A stretch of DNA of 64,000 nucleotides from an uncultured Poribacteria bacterium (GCA_958296135.2 CATQHZ020000001.1:736001-800000); one strand, 5' to 3'. Counted from the first letter of the stretch, positions 38,098 to 48,403 are shown. Translations and numbers: made by a program. Notes: a model not told the origin generated them from the letters alone.

Positions 38098-40245
38098 CTA
38101 TTCCTGAAACAGCGATTCGTCCAGGTCGGCGTTCAGCGTAACCTGCGATATCCAACTCTCTGTGAAGAGCTCCCCATCTACGTTTTGGACGACATGATGC
38201 GTGACTTTGATGCCATCGACATCACGGTAATCGTCAAAGAACGTTTCCCGATTGGCAGTAACGCCCTGCGAAGTTTCGCGGAAACCCATTTTTACAACGT
38301 AGTGCGTTTCTTTGCTAATGAAGAGACGGAGCATTTCACCCGAAGGCTGTGTGACGAGCAGCACGGCCGCTGGCGTTCCCTCCACTTCTTCTGTGCCGGC
38401 GTATTGCATTGGGATATCGTTCAGCGAGAGATTCGTCAGAAGCCAGATGGTTTCACGAAAAACGCTGTCTCTGTAGGTGTTCACCATCTCAGGCGGCAGC
38501 GGTTGCACGCCCATCTGGGTTTTCATGACTGCGGTTTCGCCATCAAAAATCTGGCTCATCTCGCCTACCTGCGGGATGGACATGTCTTGCCGGAACTTGT
38601 CAGGGTAGAGGTAATATGACGTGCCTTCTATCTGCATCGGCCCGTTCGGCGTGTTGGCTGCGGTTCTGCCTTTCACCACAACGTTCTTCACCGCTTGCAG
38701 TCTCTCAATTCCGCCGTGTGCTTCGATGGCGGCGGCGAGAATTTCGTTCGCTTTTGCGATGTCTGCCTCGTTCGTCTCAGGCATTGGTTCCGCGGTGGGC
38801 GGCTCAGGACGCGCTATCTTAATCTCGTTCACCTCGCCGAATTCACTCAGCTGCCGGTCGAAGCTGGCCTTATTGCCGACGGTGACGATAGTGAGTGCGT
38901 CGGGGTGGAGATATTTCTGCGCCACGTGCCGCACGTCTTCCGTTGTCACTTTTGCGATGTTATCGCTGAACGTTTCAAGGAAATCGGGTGCGTAACCGCG
39001 AAACGCCAGCATCATCTGCTGAAAGGCGATCTGGTTGCTGCTGTCAAACTGAAAGACGAACGAATTGATGAGCGAGTCCTTTGTGCGCTGCAGTTCGTTT
39101 TCCGGTACGGGTGTTTCCCGCAAATCGCTGACGATGTCAATGATGAGCGAGATGGCTTCGGCGGTTTTGTCGGCGCGTGTCTGTGAATACGCGAACCACT
39201 CACCTGGATTCGTGTAATAACTCGTCTGCATCAGACTGCCCACCATATAGGCGAGCCCGTGCTTTTCGCGCACCTCTTTCATTAACCGGGACGTAAACCC
39301 GCCTTCGCCGAGAATCTCGTTCATCACGCGGAGCGCGAAGTAGTCCGGAAAATCAGGCGTGCGTTTGATGCCGAAATGCCCGATTAACATCGTCGTCTGG
39401 TTCAGATCCTTGAAAATGTAGTTGACAGAAGGTTCCTGCGCGTTTTCTACCAGCGGCACTTCCGGAAACTCGATTTCCTTGTTTTCCCATCCTTCAAACA
39501 CCTTCTCCAGTTGCGCGATGAGCATCTCCATGTCAAAATCGCCGGTAATCGCGAGACTGATGTTGTCAGGCTGGTAATATTTGGCATGGAACGCCTTCAG
39601 ATCTTCAACGGTGATGCTCTCTACGCCTTCAATTTCAGAATACCGTCCGAACGGATGGTCTGCTCCGTAGAGCAGTGCTGAGAAGTTGCGCCATGCTAAT
39701 TGAATAGGATTGTCGTTTCTGCGGCGGATTGCCTCGATCGCCTGCTGTTTGCGAAGTGCCAGTTTGTCCTCACGAAACGCCGGGTTCATGAGGACATCGG
39801 CGAAGAGCTCCAATCCCTTGTCGATATCCTCGGCGAGGGTTGAGAGGCTCATACCGCCATATTCCGCGGACATGCTGATTTCAACGGCGGCGGCCATCGA
39901 TTCCAATTCCTCGTTGAGTCCATCGGGTTCGCGGGATAGGGTGCCGCCGGTGCGCATGACGCTGGCGAAGATGGATGCCAATCCGACTTTATCCGCAGGT
40001 TCATAGATACTGCCCGTTTTGATTAAGCCGCTGATGTTGAAGAGCGGTAATTCCCGGTCTTCCAGCAGATAGAGTTTCATCCCGTTTGAGAGTTCGCGCT
40101 GTTCCGGGACAGGCGGTTTGAATTGGATAGGTTCAAACGTGAGTTCTTCGTGCGGTTTTGCGGTTGTCGGCAGGGTTACGTACAGCATCGCCAAGGCGAT
40201 GAGTATCGCGAGGCCCAACCACATGATTGCGTTTCGGTTCTTCAT
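38098..40245 (-). CDS. M16 peptidase non-catalytic subunit with extra C-terminal LolA-like domain
   Basis: LSNGM, GGFTSRL...VREKHGLAY; no HxxEH. C-terminal ~230 aa begins EILAAAIEAHGG. Confidence 0.8.
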   Translation of the reverse strand: MKNRNAIMWLGLAILIALAMLYVTLPTTAKPHEELTFEPIQFKPPVPEQRELSNGMKLYLLEDRELPLFNISGLIKTGSIYEPADKVGLASIFASVMRTGGTLSREPDGLNEELESMAAAVEISMSAEYGGMSLSTLAEDIDKGLELFADVLMNPAFREDKLALRKQQAIEAIRRRNDNPIQLAWRNFSALLYGADHPFGRYSEIEGVESITVEDLKAFHAKYYQPDNISLAITGDFDMEMLIAQLEKVFEGWENKEIEFPEVPLVENAQEPSVNYIFKDLNQTTMLIGHFGIKRTPDFPDYFALRVMNEILGEGGFTSRLMKEVREKHGLAYMVGSLMQTSYYTNPGEWFAYSQTRADKTAEAISLIIDIVSDLRETPVPENELQRTKDSLINSFVFQFDSSNQIAFQQMMLAFRGYAPDFLETFSDNIAKVTTEDVRHVAQKYLHPDALTIVTVGNKASFDRQLSEFGEVNEIKIARPEPPTAEPMPETNEADIAKANEILAAAIEAHGGIERLQAVKNVVVKGRTAANTPNGPMQIEGTSYYLYPDKFRQDMSIPQVGEMSQIFDGETAVMKTQMGVQPLPPEMVNTYRDSVFRETIWLLTNLSLNDIPMQYAGTEEVEGTPAAVLLVTQPSGEMLRLFISKETHYVVKMGFRETSQGVTANRETFFDDYRDVDGIKVTHHVVQNVDGELFTESWISQVTLNADLDESLFQE

Positions 40246-41744
40246 TCGGTGTTCTCCTTGTCGGGAGTCTTCTTAATCAGGGTGGCGACGGTCCTGTTGC
40301 TTTTCGTAAAATAGGTTTTCGCCGTTTTCATGATGTCTTCCGGCGTGATTTGATACATCTTTTCGCGCCAATCGAGGATATACCGCCAGTCCCCGGCGAT
40401 GCCCTCATAGAAGGCTAGCTGCCGCGCCATGCCTGCGTTTGAGCTGAGCGCGCGGATGAAGCCGGCATCTACCTGCTTCAGAATCCGTTTAAATTCCTTT
40501 TCCTCCACTGGTTCCGTCTTTAGCCGTTCCAACTCCGCGTAAATTGCTTCTTCAACGTCAGCCGTTGTGTTGGGTGAGCGCGGGGCGGCATCAATCACAA
40601 AGAGATTGTCGTAGCGCGCGCCGGGGTAGCCGTTGCTGGCATCGACAGAAATGGCGATTCCCTTTTCGACGATGTTCTTGTAAAACCGCGAGGTGCGTCC
40701 ATCTGACAGAATCGCGCTAATCATGTCCAGCACATAGTCGTCAAAGTGCGGGATAGTGGGTTTATGATACCCCATCATGAGTTGCGGTTCCGCGTCAAAT
40801 GCCACTTCGATGCGGCGTTCACCTTCCTGCGGGGGTTCGTCTACCGTCACTTCCGATGGTAACTGTTGCGAAGGGATGTCGCCGAAGTACTTGTCGATGA
40901 GTTGAATGGTATCCTCAACGTTAATATCGCCGACGATTACCATCACGGAGTTATTGGGTGCGTAGTGGATGCGGAAGAACTCGGCTGCTTTCCGCCTGTT
41001 GAGCATTGCGATGTCCGAGGGCCATCCGATAATCGGCATGCCGTAGGGGTGCGCGGTGAAAGCGGCTGCGATGAATTGCTCATACAGTTTGCCGCCCGGG
41101 TCGGTGTCCACGCGCATCCGCCGTTCCTCTTTGACGGCCTCGCGTTCCACATAAAACTCGCGCAAAACGGCGTTTTTAAGCCGGTCGGATTCCAGCATCG
41201 CCCACAACTCTAACTTGTTTGATGGCAATGCGACGGTGTAAATCGTATAGTCCACGGAGGTGCCGGCGTTGAAGCCGGTGCTGCCGTGTTGCGTATAGAT
41301 TTCGGTGTATTCGCCGGGGACAATCCATTCTTTGGCGGCTTCCTGCTGCGCTTTGAGTTCCGCCGCCAATTCGGCGATTTTTTCAGCATCGGCGCGAGAA
41401 CCTTTCGCGCGTTCCATGTCTAGCGCGTCGCCTATCCGGTCGATCTCTGCCAGCACCGCTTTCTCCTGCTCGTAATCTTTCGTGCCGATAGTCTTCGTGC
41501 CTTTGAACAGCATGTGCTCTAACATGTGCGCGATGCCGCGCGCGTCGTCAGACTCGTCCACGGAACCGGCTTTAAATAGGAGATACGGCGCAACCGTCGG
41601 TGAAGTGTGCCGTTCTATCATGAGCAGTTTCAAGCCGTTCGGGTAGGTATGTTCTACCACCCGGTCTGCCAGATTTTGCGCTGAGACAGCCCCGTGCAAG
41701 ATTACCAGCACGAGGAGCATCAGCCATCGAGTGATGTGTTTCAT
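40242..41744 (-). CDS. M16 (pitrilysin family) zinc peptidase, catalytic subunit
   Basis: Signal peptide, GIAHMLEHMLFKGT (HxxEH), EREAVKEERR, HPYG. Confidence 0.93.
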   Translation of the reverse strand: MKHITRWLMLLVLVILHGAVSAQNLADRVVEHTYPNGLKLLMIERHTSPTVAPYLLFKAGSVDESDDARGIAHMLEHMLFKGTKTIGTKDYEQEKAVLAEIDRIGDALDMERAKGSRADAEKIAELAAELKAQQEAAKEWIVPGEYTEIYTQHGSTGFNAGTSVDYTIYTVALPSNKLELWAMLESDRLKNAVLREFYVEREAVKEERRMRVDTDPGGKLYEQFIAAAFTAHPYGMPIIGWPSDIAMLNRRKAAEFFRIHYAPNNSVMVIVGDINVEDTIQLIDKYFGDIPSQQLPSEVTVDEPPQEGERRIEVAFDAEPQLMMGYHKPTIPHFDDYVLDMISAILSDGRTSRFYKNIVEKGIAISVDASNGYPGARYDNLFVIDAAPRSPNTTADVEEAIYAELERLKTEPVEEKEFKRILKQVDAGFIRALSSNAGMARQLAFYEGIAGDWRYILDWREKMYQITPEDIMKTAKTYFTKSNRTVATLIKKTPDKENTE

Positions 41745-41811
41745 TTTTGTCTCCTTTCTGTAGTTGACTGGTAGGCGCGCTTTGAAAGCGCGCCTACCGA
41801 TAACAAGCTAT

Positions 41812-42069
41812 TTACCCTTTGGCCAGGTCACCGAGTAACCCGACGAGGGCAAAACGGACGTGCGACGAGAGCGCGGAGTTCTCCGCGCGAAGGTCTGCGC
41901 CTTCCTCGTCCGGATACATCACGTGTTGCGCCACGGCGCGTTTGACCCACCGTTCCGCCCGGTCATCGTAGGGGATGTACTTCTCTTTCGGTGCCGCGCA
42001 AGCCGGACACTCTTCAGGTGGGCTATCCGCTTCTGTCCACAGATAGCCGCATGCTACACAAACAAACAT
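41812..42069 (-). CDS. Rubredoxin-like small protein
   Basis: CVACGY...CPAC; GAGGAG RBS; upstream TTGCAT-17-TAAAAT promoter. Confidence 0.75.
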   Translation of the reverse strand: MFVCVACGYLWTEADSPPEECPACAAPKEKYIPYDDRAERWVKRAVAQHVMYPDEEGADLRAENSALSSHVRFALVGLLGDLAKG

Positions 42070-42170
42070 TGCGAACTCCTCTCTTTTGGAAAAAATTATG
42101 AATGTTCCTATTTTAGCAAATTTCCTATTGCAATGCAAGGTTTAATTTATTTGCAATAAACTGTGCGTAA

Positions 42171-42722
42171 TCGTAGGGCGAGGGGCCCGGCGATCGCGAA
42201 TCGCCGAGGGTTCCCCTCGCCATGCCGGGGTCTATGCAGAAAGCGTTGCGAGTATCTGGGGCTCGGCTGTGTTTCGCGCGGCTTGGAAGATCGCGAGGGA
42301 CAGGTTTTCCCTCGCGCTACGGGCTAAGGTGGCTGTTGAACGATCGCGAGGGACAGTGGACATCTCTGCAGCGAGGCGGCAGAGATGACAAAGTTTCGGC
42401 GTGACGGCCCTCGCGCTACGGACTAGAGCGGCTGTTGAGGGACCGCGAGGGACAGTGGACATCTCTGCAGCGAGGCGGCAGAGATGACAAAGTTTCGGCG
42501 TGACGGCCCTCGCGCTACGGGCTAAGGTGGCTGTTGAACGATCGCGAGGGACAGTGGACATCTCTGCAGCGAGGCGGCAGAGAGGACAACGTTAAAGGTG
42601 GCATGTTTACGCGGGGCGACACACGCACATTTTCTGTAGGCGTGACCGTGACGGCCCTCGCGCTACGGGCTAAGGTGGCTGTTGAGGGACCGCGAGGGAC
42701 AGGTTTTCCCTCGCGCTACGGG
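42171..42722. repeat. Tandem REP array with empty and cargo-carrying units
   Basis: Empty copies at 42292 and 42691. Short-cargo copies at 42345 and 42445. Long-cargo copy at 42543. Second cargo type at 42172-42223. Confidence 0.9.
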
Positions 42723-42735
42723 CCAGGGACTGTTT

Positions 42736-44751
42736 TCATCGGGCCTTCAAATCGGTGATCTGGTCGCGTAAGGTGGCGGCTAGTTCAAAATCGAGGTCCA
42801 AAGCGGCTTTGTGCATCCGCCGCGTTAAGTCGGTGATTATCGTCGGAATGTCTTCAAGTTCGGTGTCTTCTGGGACAGCAACGGGCTTCGCGGGCTTCTT
42901 TGTCTCGTATGCCGTTGAAGATTCGGCGATGAGTTCCTGAATCGCCTTTTCGATCGTCGCCGGCGTGATGTTGTGTTCGGTGTTATATTTCATCTGCGCG
43001 TCGCGCCGCCGCTGTGTCTCCTGCATCGCTTTATCCATCGCATCCGTGATGGTATCGCCGTATAAGATTACCTCGCCATCCACGTTCCGCGCTGCGCGTC
43101 CCGATGTCTGCACTAACGATGTCACCGAACGGAGGAACCCGGGCCGGTCTGCATCTAAAATCGCGACGAGGGAGACTTCCGGCAGGTCGAGTCCCTCGCG
43201 AAGCAGGTTGATACCGACAAGTACATCAAACACGCCTTCGCGAAGTTCCCGGAGAATGCGGGCCCGGTCGAACACGTCAATTTCAGCGTGCATGTAATTC
43301 GCGCGGATGCCTGCTTCAGTGAAATACTCTGTCAAATCTTCCGCCATCCGTTTCGTCAGAGTTGTGACGAGGACGCGCTGTTTCTGCTTCACGCGCTCTT
43401 GGATCTTGCCGATGAGATGGTCGATCTGGCCCTTCACTGGTTGGACAGTAATCTCCGGATCGATGAGGCCAGTTGGGCGAATCAGCTGCTCAGCGACCTG
43501 GGCACTGTTTTCCATTTCATAAGGCCCCGGCGTTGCGGAGACAAAAACGACTTGGTTGACATGTGCTTCGACTTCTTCAAACCGAAGCGGCCGGTTATCC
43601 AAAGCTGAGGGCAGTCGGAATCCGTAATTGACAAGTGTCTCCTTTCGCGACCTGTCGCCGCGATACATCCCCCGCAGTTGCGGGATAGTCACGTGCGACT
43701 CGTCGACAAAAAATAGGAAGTCGTCAGGAAAGTAGTGAAGGAGGCAGTAAGGCGGTTCGCCGGGTTGCAACCCGGAGAGGTGCCGCGAGTAGTTTTCGAT
43801 GCCGGCGCAGTAGCCTACCTCCCGTAGCATTTCCAGGTCGAAGCGTGTGCGCTGTTCGATCCGTTGCGCTTCCAGCAGTTTGTTCACCTTCTTAAACTCG
43901 ATGATGCGTTCTTGGAGTTCAAGTTCAATGTTAATGAGTGCCTCGTCAAAGATTTCGGCATCTGTCATGAAGTGCTTGGCGGGGTAGATTTCTAGGCTTT
44001 CGCGCTTTCCCAATACTTCGCCGGTTGTGGTGTCAATCTCGGCGATTCTGTCGATTTCGTCGCCGAACAATTCGATGCGATAGGCGTTTTCGGAATACGC
44101 CGGAAACACTTCGATGACATCGCCGCGCGCGCGGAAGGTACCTTGCCAGAATTCGACATCGTTACGGGTATATTGAATAGCTACTAGTTCGCGCAACAAT
44201 TTATTGCGCCGGACAACCTGTCCGAGCTCTATGTCGACCTTCTGTCCTTCAAATTCGCTTGGTGAACCGAGTCCGTAGAGACATGAGACGCTGGCGACAA
44301 CGATGACATCGCGGCGCGACATCAAAGAGGCAGTTGAGGCGAGGCGCATCCGCGTGATTTCCTCGTTAATCCGCACGTCCTTCTCGATATAGGTATCCGT
44401 GGATGGGATGTATGCCTCCGGTTGGTAATACTCGTAATCGCTGACGAAGTAGTGGACAGCGTTATAGGGGAAGAACGTGCGGAATTCGTTGTAAAGTTGC
44501 GCGGCGAGCGTCTTATTCGGCGAAATGACGAGAGTGGGCCGCTGGAGGTTCTGGATGAGATTCGCCATCGTATAGGTTTTGCCGGAGCCTGTCACGCCGA
44601 GGAGCGTCTGCGCTTTATCGCCTCGGCGGAGTCCTTCGGTGAGTTGGGCGATCGCTTGCGGCTGGTCTCCTTGCGGCATAAAATCTGATATTAATTCAAA
44701 TCGTTGCATTTCGCCGCTATGTTTGATGATGCGCTTGATTTTTTCTCGCAT
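42736..44751 (-). CDS. uvrB: Excinuclease ABC subunit B
   Basis: PQGDQPQAI, GVTGSGKT, YYQPEAY, DESH, GINLLREGLDLPEVSLV, C-terminal UVR domain. Confidence 0.98.
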   Translation of the reverse strand: MREKIKRIIKHSGEMQRFELISDFMPQGDQPQAIAQLTEGLRRGDKAQTLLGVTGSGKTYTMANLIQNLQRPTLVISPNKTLAAQLYNEFRTFFPYNAVHYFVSDYEYYQPEAYIPSTDTYIEKDVRINEEITRMRLASTASLMSRRDVIVVASVSCLYGLGSPSEFEGQKVDIELGQVVRRNKLLRELVAIQYTRNDVEFWQGTFRARGDVIEVFPAYSENAYRIELFGDEIDRIAEIDTTTGEVLGKRESLEIYPAKHFMTDAEIFDEALINIELELQERIIEFKKVNKLLEAQRIEQRTRFDLEMLREVGYCAGIENYSRHLSGLQPGEPPYCLLHYFPDDFLFFVDESHVTIPQLRGMYRGDRSRKETLVNYGFRLPSALDNRPLRFEEVEAHVNQVVFVSATPGPYEMENSAQVAEQLIRPTGLIDPEITVQPVKGQIDHLIGKIQERVKQKQRVLVTTLTKRMAEDLTEYFTEAGIRANYMHAEIDVFDRARILRELREGVFDVLVGINLLREGLDLPEVSLVAILDADRPGFLRSVTSLVQTSGRAARNVDGEVILYGDTITDAMDKAMQETQRRRDAQMKYNTEHNITPATIEKAIQELIAESSTAYETKKPAKPVAVPEDTELEDIPTIITDLTRRMHKAALDLDFELAATLRDQITDLKAR

Positions 44752-44887
44752 GCGGGTGCTCCTTTGTGCGGTTTGTTAAAAGTTGTTACGTTTAGTATAG
44801 CATATTCTAGGGGAAATGTGAATCAGGATTTGCAAGATGATAGGATTTGCAGGATGAGGAGGGCGTGGAGATGCGAACTTCTTCTCA

Positions 44888-45152
44888 CCGTAGCGCGGGG
44901 GCCGTCACGGTCCCGTCTACTGTCCCTCGCGATCTCCCGACCTACGCGAGAAACGTCCTTGGCTGAGGGGCCTAAGGACGTTTTCTGATGCGACCGAGGC
45001 ATGGCGAGGCACAAGACCTCGCCCTACGGTAAAAGGGGGGGCGGCTCGAGGCATAGCGAGGGAGACCCTCGGCGATTCGTGCTCGCCTGTCCCTCGCCCT
45101 ACGGTAAAAGGGACGCGCGCGGCCCAGCGAGGCACAAGACCTTGCCCTACGG
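44888..45152. repeat. REP cluster (GGCGAGGCACAAGACCTCGCCCTACGG family and cargo variants)
   Basis: Four copies; flanks resemble an inverted-repeat unit also seen at 49347-49470. Confidence 0.85.
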
Positions 45153-45168
45153 TTCGCGGGGCGTTTTC

Positions 45169-46833
45169 CTACTTCCGTATCAGCATCTTCTTCGTTGCAG
45201 AGAAATCACCGGCCTGCAGCGTATAGAAATACACGCCACTCGCAACAGGCTCTCCCTGCGCATTCCGGCCATCCCAATACGCCGCACGGGATTTGCTCTG
45301 ATACACACCGGCTCGCACCTGTCCCAACTCCAAGGTGCGGACTCGTTTTCCATCTGACGCGTGGATCGTGACGGTAACCTCCGCTGCCTCTGCCAATTGA
45401 TACGGTATCCACGTTTCCGGGTTGAACGGATTCGGATAGTTGGCAAGCAGGACTGTCTTTTTCGGGACCGGGATGTCCCTCCTACTGAGTGTTGCCAACA
45501 GCCGCTCCAGCGCAGCAATGCCCGCCGGATCTGCGTTCGCATCCTTCGCATCACGAATCCACTGCTTGACATCCGCCGCCCGTAGGAGAGACCTCCCGGT
45601 CTCGATGCCTTCTCCTTGTAGGAGAGCCCTCCCGGTCTCGATGCCCCCGGTCTCAATATCTCCCTGCACGAACGCAGGTGCAGCTGCCGCATCCACCGCC
45701 TTTACTACGATGAGGATATCGTCAACGTCAACCTTCCCATCGTTGTTGACATCTGCACGGCGGTTTGCGCCATCAGCGACGGTTTTGCCGTAGTTCCTTG
45801 CAACTCCAACGAGATCATTCACATTGACGCGCCCATTCCCCGTGACATCCACCGTGAGCAACCGCCACAAACTGATCTGCTCGAGACGAGGCCCCCGAAC
45901 GGCAAAAATCTCCGCGTTCGGAGATAACGCGAATCCCCAACCAGCATCGCCTGCGCTGAGCGTGGCTTTGAGGGTGCCGGTATTCAAGTCCCACAGCAGA
46001 ACTCCCTCTCCACCTTTACTCGCCAGCGTCTGTCCGTTTGGATGGAACACTAACGAAGAGACACCTAGGCCGTATACACCTCTGTTGTGTCCTCTTAGCA
46101 CGCGCCGGGTATCGTGCGTGTCCGGATTCCATAGGCGGATGGTGGTGTCCCTACTCCCACTGGCGAGGAGGCTCCCGTCCGGACTCCACGCCACGCAGTA
46201 GACACTCTCCGTATGCCCCCGCAGCACGGCGAAGTTGATGCCGTTGTTCGGATTCCACAACCGCACCGTGCCATCAGCACTTGCGCTGGCGAGCGTGCTA
46301 CCATCCGGCGACCACGCCACCGAGGAGATCCGGCTCGTGTGGCCGCGCAGCGTACGCACGTGCCGCAGGTTGTTTACGTCCTCCACGTCCCAGATGCGGA
46401 TGGTGTTGTCATAACTCCCACTCGCCAGCAGATAACTGTTCGGCTTGAAGGCGAGGCTATAGACAGAATCTGTATGCCCCGCCACATCGCCGCGCCAGTC
46501 GCCATCGTCACTATAGCGCATCCGAATGTTAAAATTCGTATCCCCACCATAGGCGATGAAGTCTGGGTCATGCGAGGGGAGGGCAACGGCGCGGACAGCA
46601 TTGCCGACATCTTGTTGCCAGCGTTGTGTGCCGGTGGTGACATCCCAGGCGCGGAGAGTGTCGTCGCCACTCCCACTGATAAGCGTCCCGTTATCCTTGA
46701 AGGCTAAGCCAATGACTGAGGTCGTGTGTCCTTCCAAGGTGTCGGTGTGTACGTATTCTTGGGCGGTGGCGGGTGGCAGTGCCATCGCCGCGGTTAACAA
46801 TAGTGTTAAGGTGAAAAGCGTTAATATTTTCAT
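45169..46833 (-). CDS. Secreted WD40 repeat protein with dockerin-like and FlgD-Ig/T9SS-A-like C-terminal domain
   Basis: GH...WD repeats, DVTGNGRVNVNDL / DVNNDGKVDVDDI, LLANYPNPFNPETWIPYQL...ASGVYFY...KKMLIRK. Confidence 0.9.
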   Translation of the reverse strand: MKILTLFTLTLLLTAAMALPPATAQEYVHTDTLEGHTTSVIGLAFKDNGTLISGSGDDTLRAWDVTTGTQRWQQDVGNAVRAVALPSHDPDFIAYGGDTNFNIRMRYSDDGDWRGDVAGHTDSVYSLAFKPNSYLLASGSYDNTIRIWDVEDVNNLRHVRTLRGHTSRISSVAWSPDGSTLASASADGTVRLWNPNNGINFAVLRGHTESVYCVAWSPDGSLLASGSRDTTIRLWNPDTHDTRRVLRGHNRGVYGLGVSSLVFHPNGQTLASKGGEGVLLWDLNTGTLKATLSAGDAGWGFALSPNAEIFAVRGPRLEQISLWRLLTVDVTGNGRVNVNDLVGVARNYGKTVADGANRRADVNNDGKVDVDDILIVVKAVDAAAAPAFVQGDIETGGIETGRALLQGEGIETGRSLLRAADVKQWIRDAKDANADPAGIAALERLLATLSRRDIPVPKKTVLLANYPNPFNPETWIPYQLAEAAEVTVTIHASDGKRVRTLELGQVRAGVYQSKSRAAYWDGRNAQGEPVASGVYFYTLQAGDFSATKKMLIRK

Positions 46834-47101
46834 GATGGATTTCTCCTTGTTATGAACGTTCGCGGGGGACAGGTTTCCCCCGCGCTACGTTGATTGTGGG
46901 CAGGCTCGTGTGCCTGCCCGGGTGTTCGGTTGTCTGAATCGCGGATTCAGACAATTACTCGCGTTTCGTCACCAGACAACGTGTCTGGGGTTACGGCGGG
47001 AGGTTGCGCGCCTTTCGGCGGTGCAGTGCCTCCCGTAATCGTGGAAACGTTCCACAATTTCCTATGCTCGTTGCTCAACAGCGGTTCTGAATGTGACAGA
47101 A

Positions 47102-48064
47102 TTACTCGGAGGCTTCTTCCCTGGGCGTGAGTCTCTCACAGACAGCATTAAAGTCGTCGCTCGCGATTACCTGTTCTGCTAGACGCCTTAGGTTGTTGAT
47201 GTTCCCTTGTCTAACATTATCCATGTCATCATTAGCGACCTCATTCTCGGTACCATTGGGACGGCCGAGACTGACCTGGAGGTGAATGTAATTGTCATCC
47301 CCGAGGAATCTGCGCATCTGATAGTGTGCGGCATCTGACATACCATCAAACATGAAATAGAGTAGAGGCCGAATCCACTTGGCTAACCCCCAGTCTTGTG
47401 CTTCCTCATATCTGAATTCGCGCGTCAGTTGCCCCGTTCCGATCGAGAGGATAAAAAATTCCTCTTCGCTGTAGACTTCTATCGCTTCTGCATAGGCAGA
47501 TACCGAAGGGGTGTTGATAAAGACCCCACCGTCGACTAGCGTCCGCATTCTCGACCCAACGCAAAGTTCGATAGGCTCGAAAAATGTCGGAGCAGCAGAT
47601 GTCGCGCGTGCGGCATCCCTCATTCTTACCCCGACGTGTTGCGGTTCCCAGCTTTTGAGGAAAAGTGGTTCGCGCGCCTGTATGTCGTAAGCGGTAACCA
47701 TGGTCTTTGTGGAAGCCTCTCCAAGGAGGGTTTGCCGAAAATATTCACCAAGCACGTTTTCCAGGCCTTCGTGAGAGTACCTCTCCTCAAACAACTGCCC
47801 GAAGAGCCCGCGGGGGTTCTGGAAAATTTCACGTCCGCGCCGCGCGTAGATATCGGCAAGGTCTGCGGCGGAAGAATATCGAGGATTTCCCTCATCGTCC
47901 GGTACGCTCAATCCTAGGGCAAGGATGCCGCCGGTTGAGGTGCCAGCGATAAGGTCGAAATTCTCTGCGGTGGCTATGCCTGTCTTCTCCTCAATTGCGG
48001 CGAGAACCATCGCGGGAATAATCCCACGGATGCCGCCACCGTCAATACTTAGAATCTTTTTCAT
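47102..48064 (-). CDS. Patatin-like phospholipase
   Basis: DGGGIRG, GTSTG, SAAPTFF, DGG, LSIGTG. Confidence 0.93.
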   Translation of the reverse strand: MKKILSIDGGGIRGIIPAMVLAAIEEKTGIATAENFDLIAGTSTGGILALGLSVPDDEGNPRYSSAADLADIYARRGREIFQNPRGLFGQLFEERYSHEGLENVLGEYFRQTLLGEASTKTMVTAYDIQAREPLFLKSWEPQHVGVRMRDAARATSAAPTFFEPIELCVGSRMRTLVDGGVFINTPSVSAYAEAIEVYSEEEFFILSIGTGQLTREFRYEEAQDWGLAKWIRPLLYFMFDGMSDAAHYQMRRFLGDDNYIHLQVSLGRPNGTENEVANDDMDNVRQGNINNLRRLAEQVIASDDFNAVCERLTPREEASE

Positions 48065-48403
48065 TTTTCGTTCCAAAACAAGGTTACTGCCCTTATCACC
48101 AAGGGTAAGGGCTGAGGTTCTGTAAAACACCTGCCCATCCGGTTGTTATCCCGTTGTCCCCATAGCCTTCAGTTTGCCCACGCCGCCCAAAAAGGCGGCG
48201 ACAGAAATCCGCACCGCCAAAAGCAGCACGCAGAGACCTCTCGCTGAGGCAAAACTGGACAAACGGGGAAAATAATGGAAACGGTTGCAACCGGAAAGGT
48301 GGCAGGGAAAACTTGCATCGGGCCAGTCCCAATGCAACAGAAATAGCCCGCCACGCAAAGAATGCGTGCGGGATTGATGACAAAACGCCGAATATTGACG
48401 CTG

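Noticed and set aside
42222-42758. ORFs within REP arrays (also 44704-45357, 48654-49583, 63216-63599)
   Set aside because: These are open frames produced by GC-rich repeats, with no RBS and no protein-like features.
44821-44857. Short AGGATTTGCA(A/G)GATGA repeat upstream of uvrB as a LexA box
   Set aside because: It is a direct-repeat remnant beside a REP cluster and matches no LexA consensus I can support.
46990-47038. Hairpin between the patatin and WD40 genes as a riboswitch
   Set aside because: It is a single stem with no recognisable aptamer motif; evidence is insufficient.
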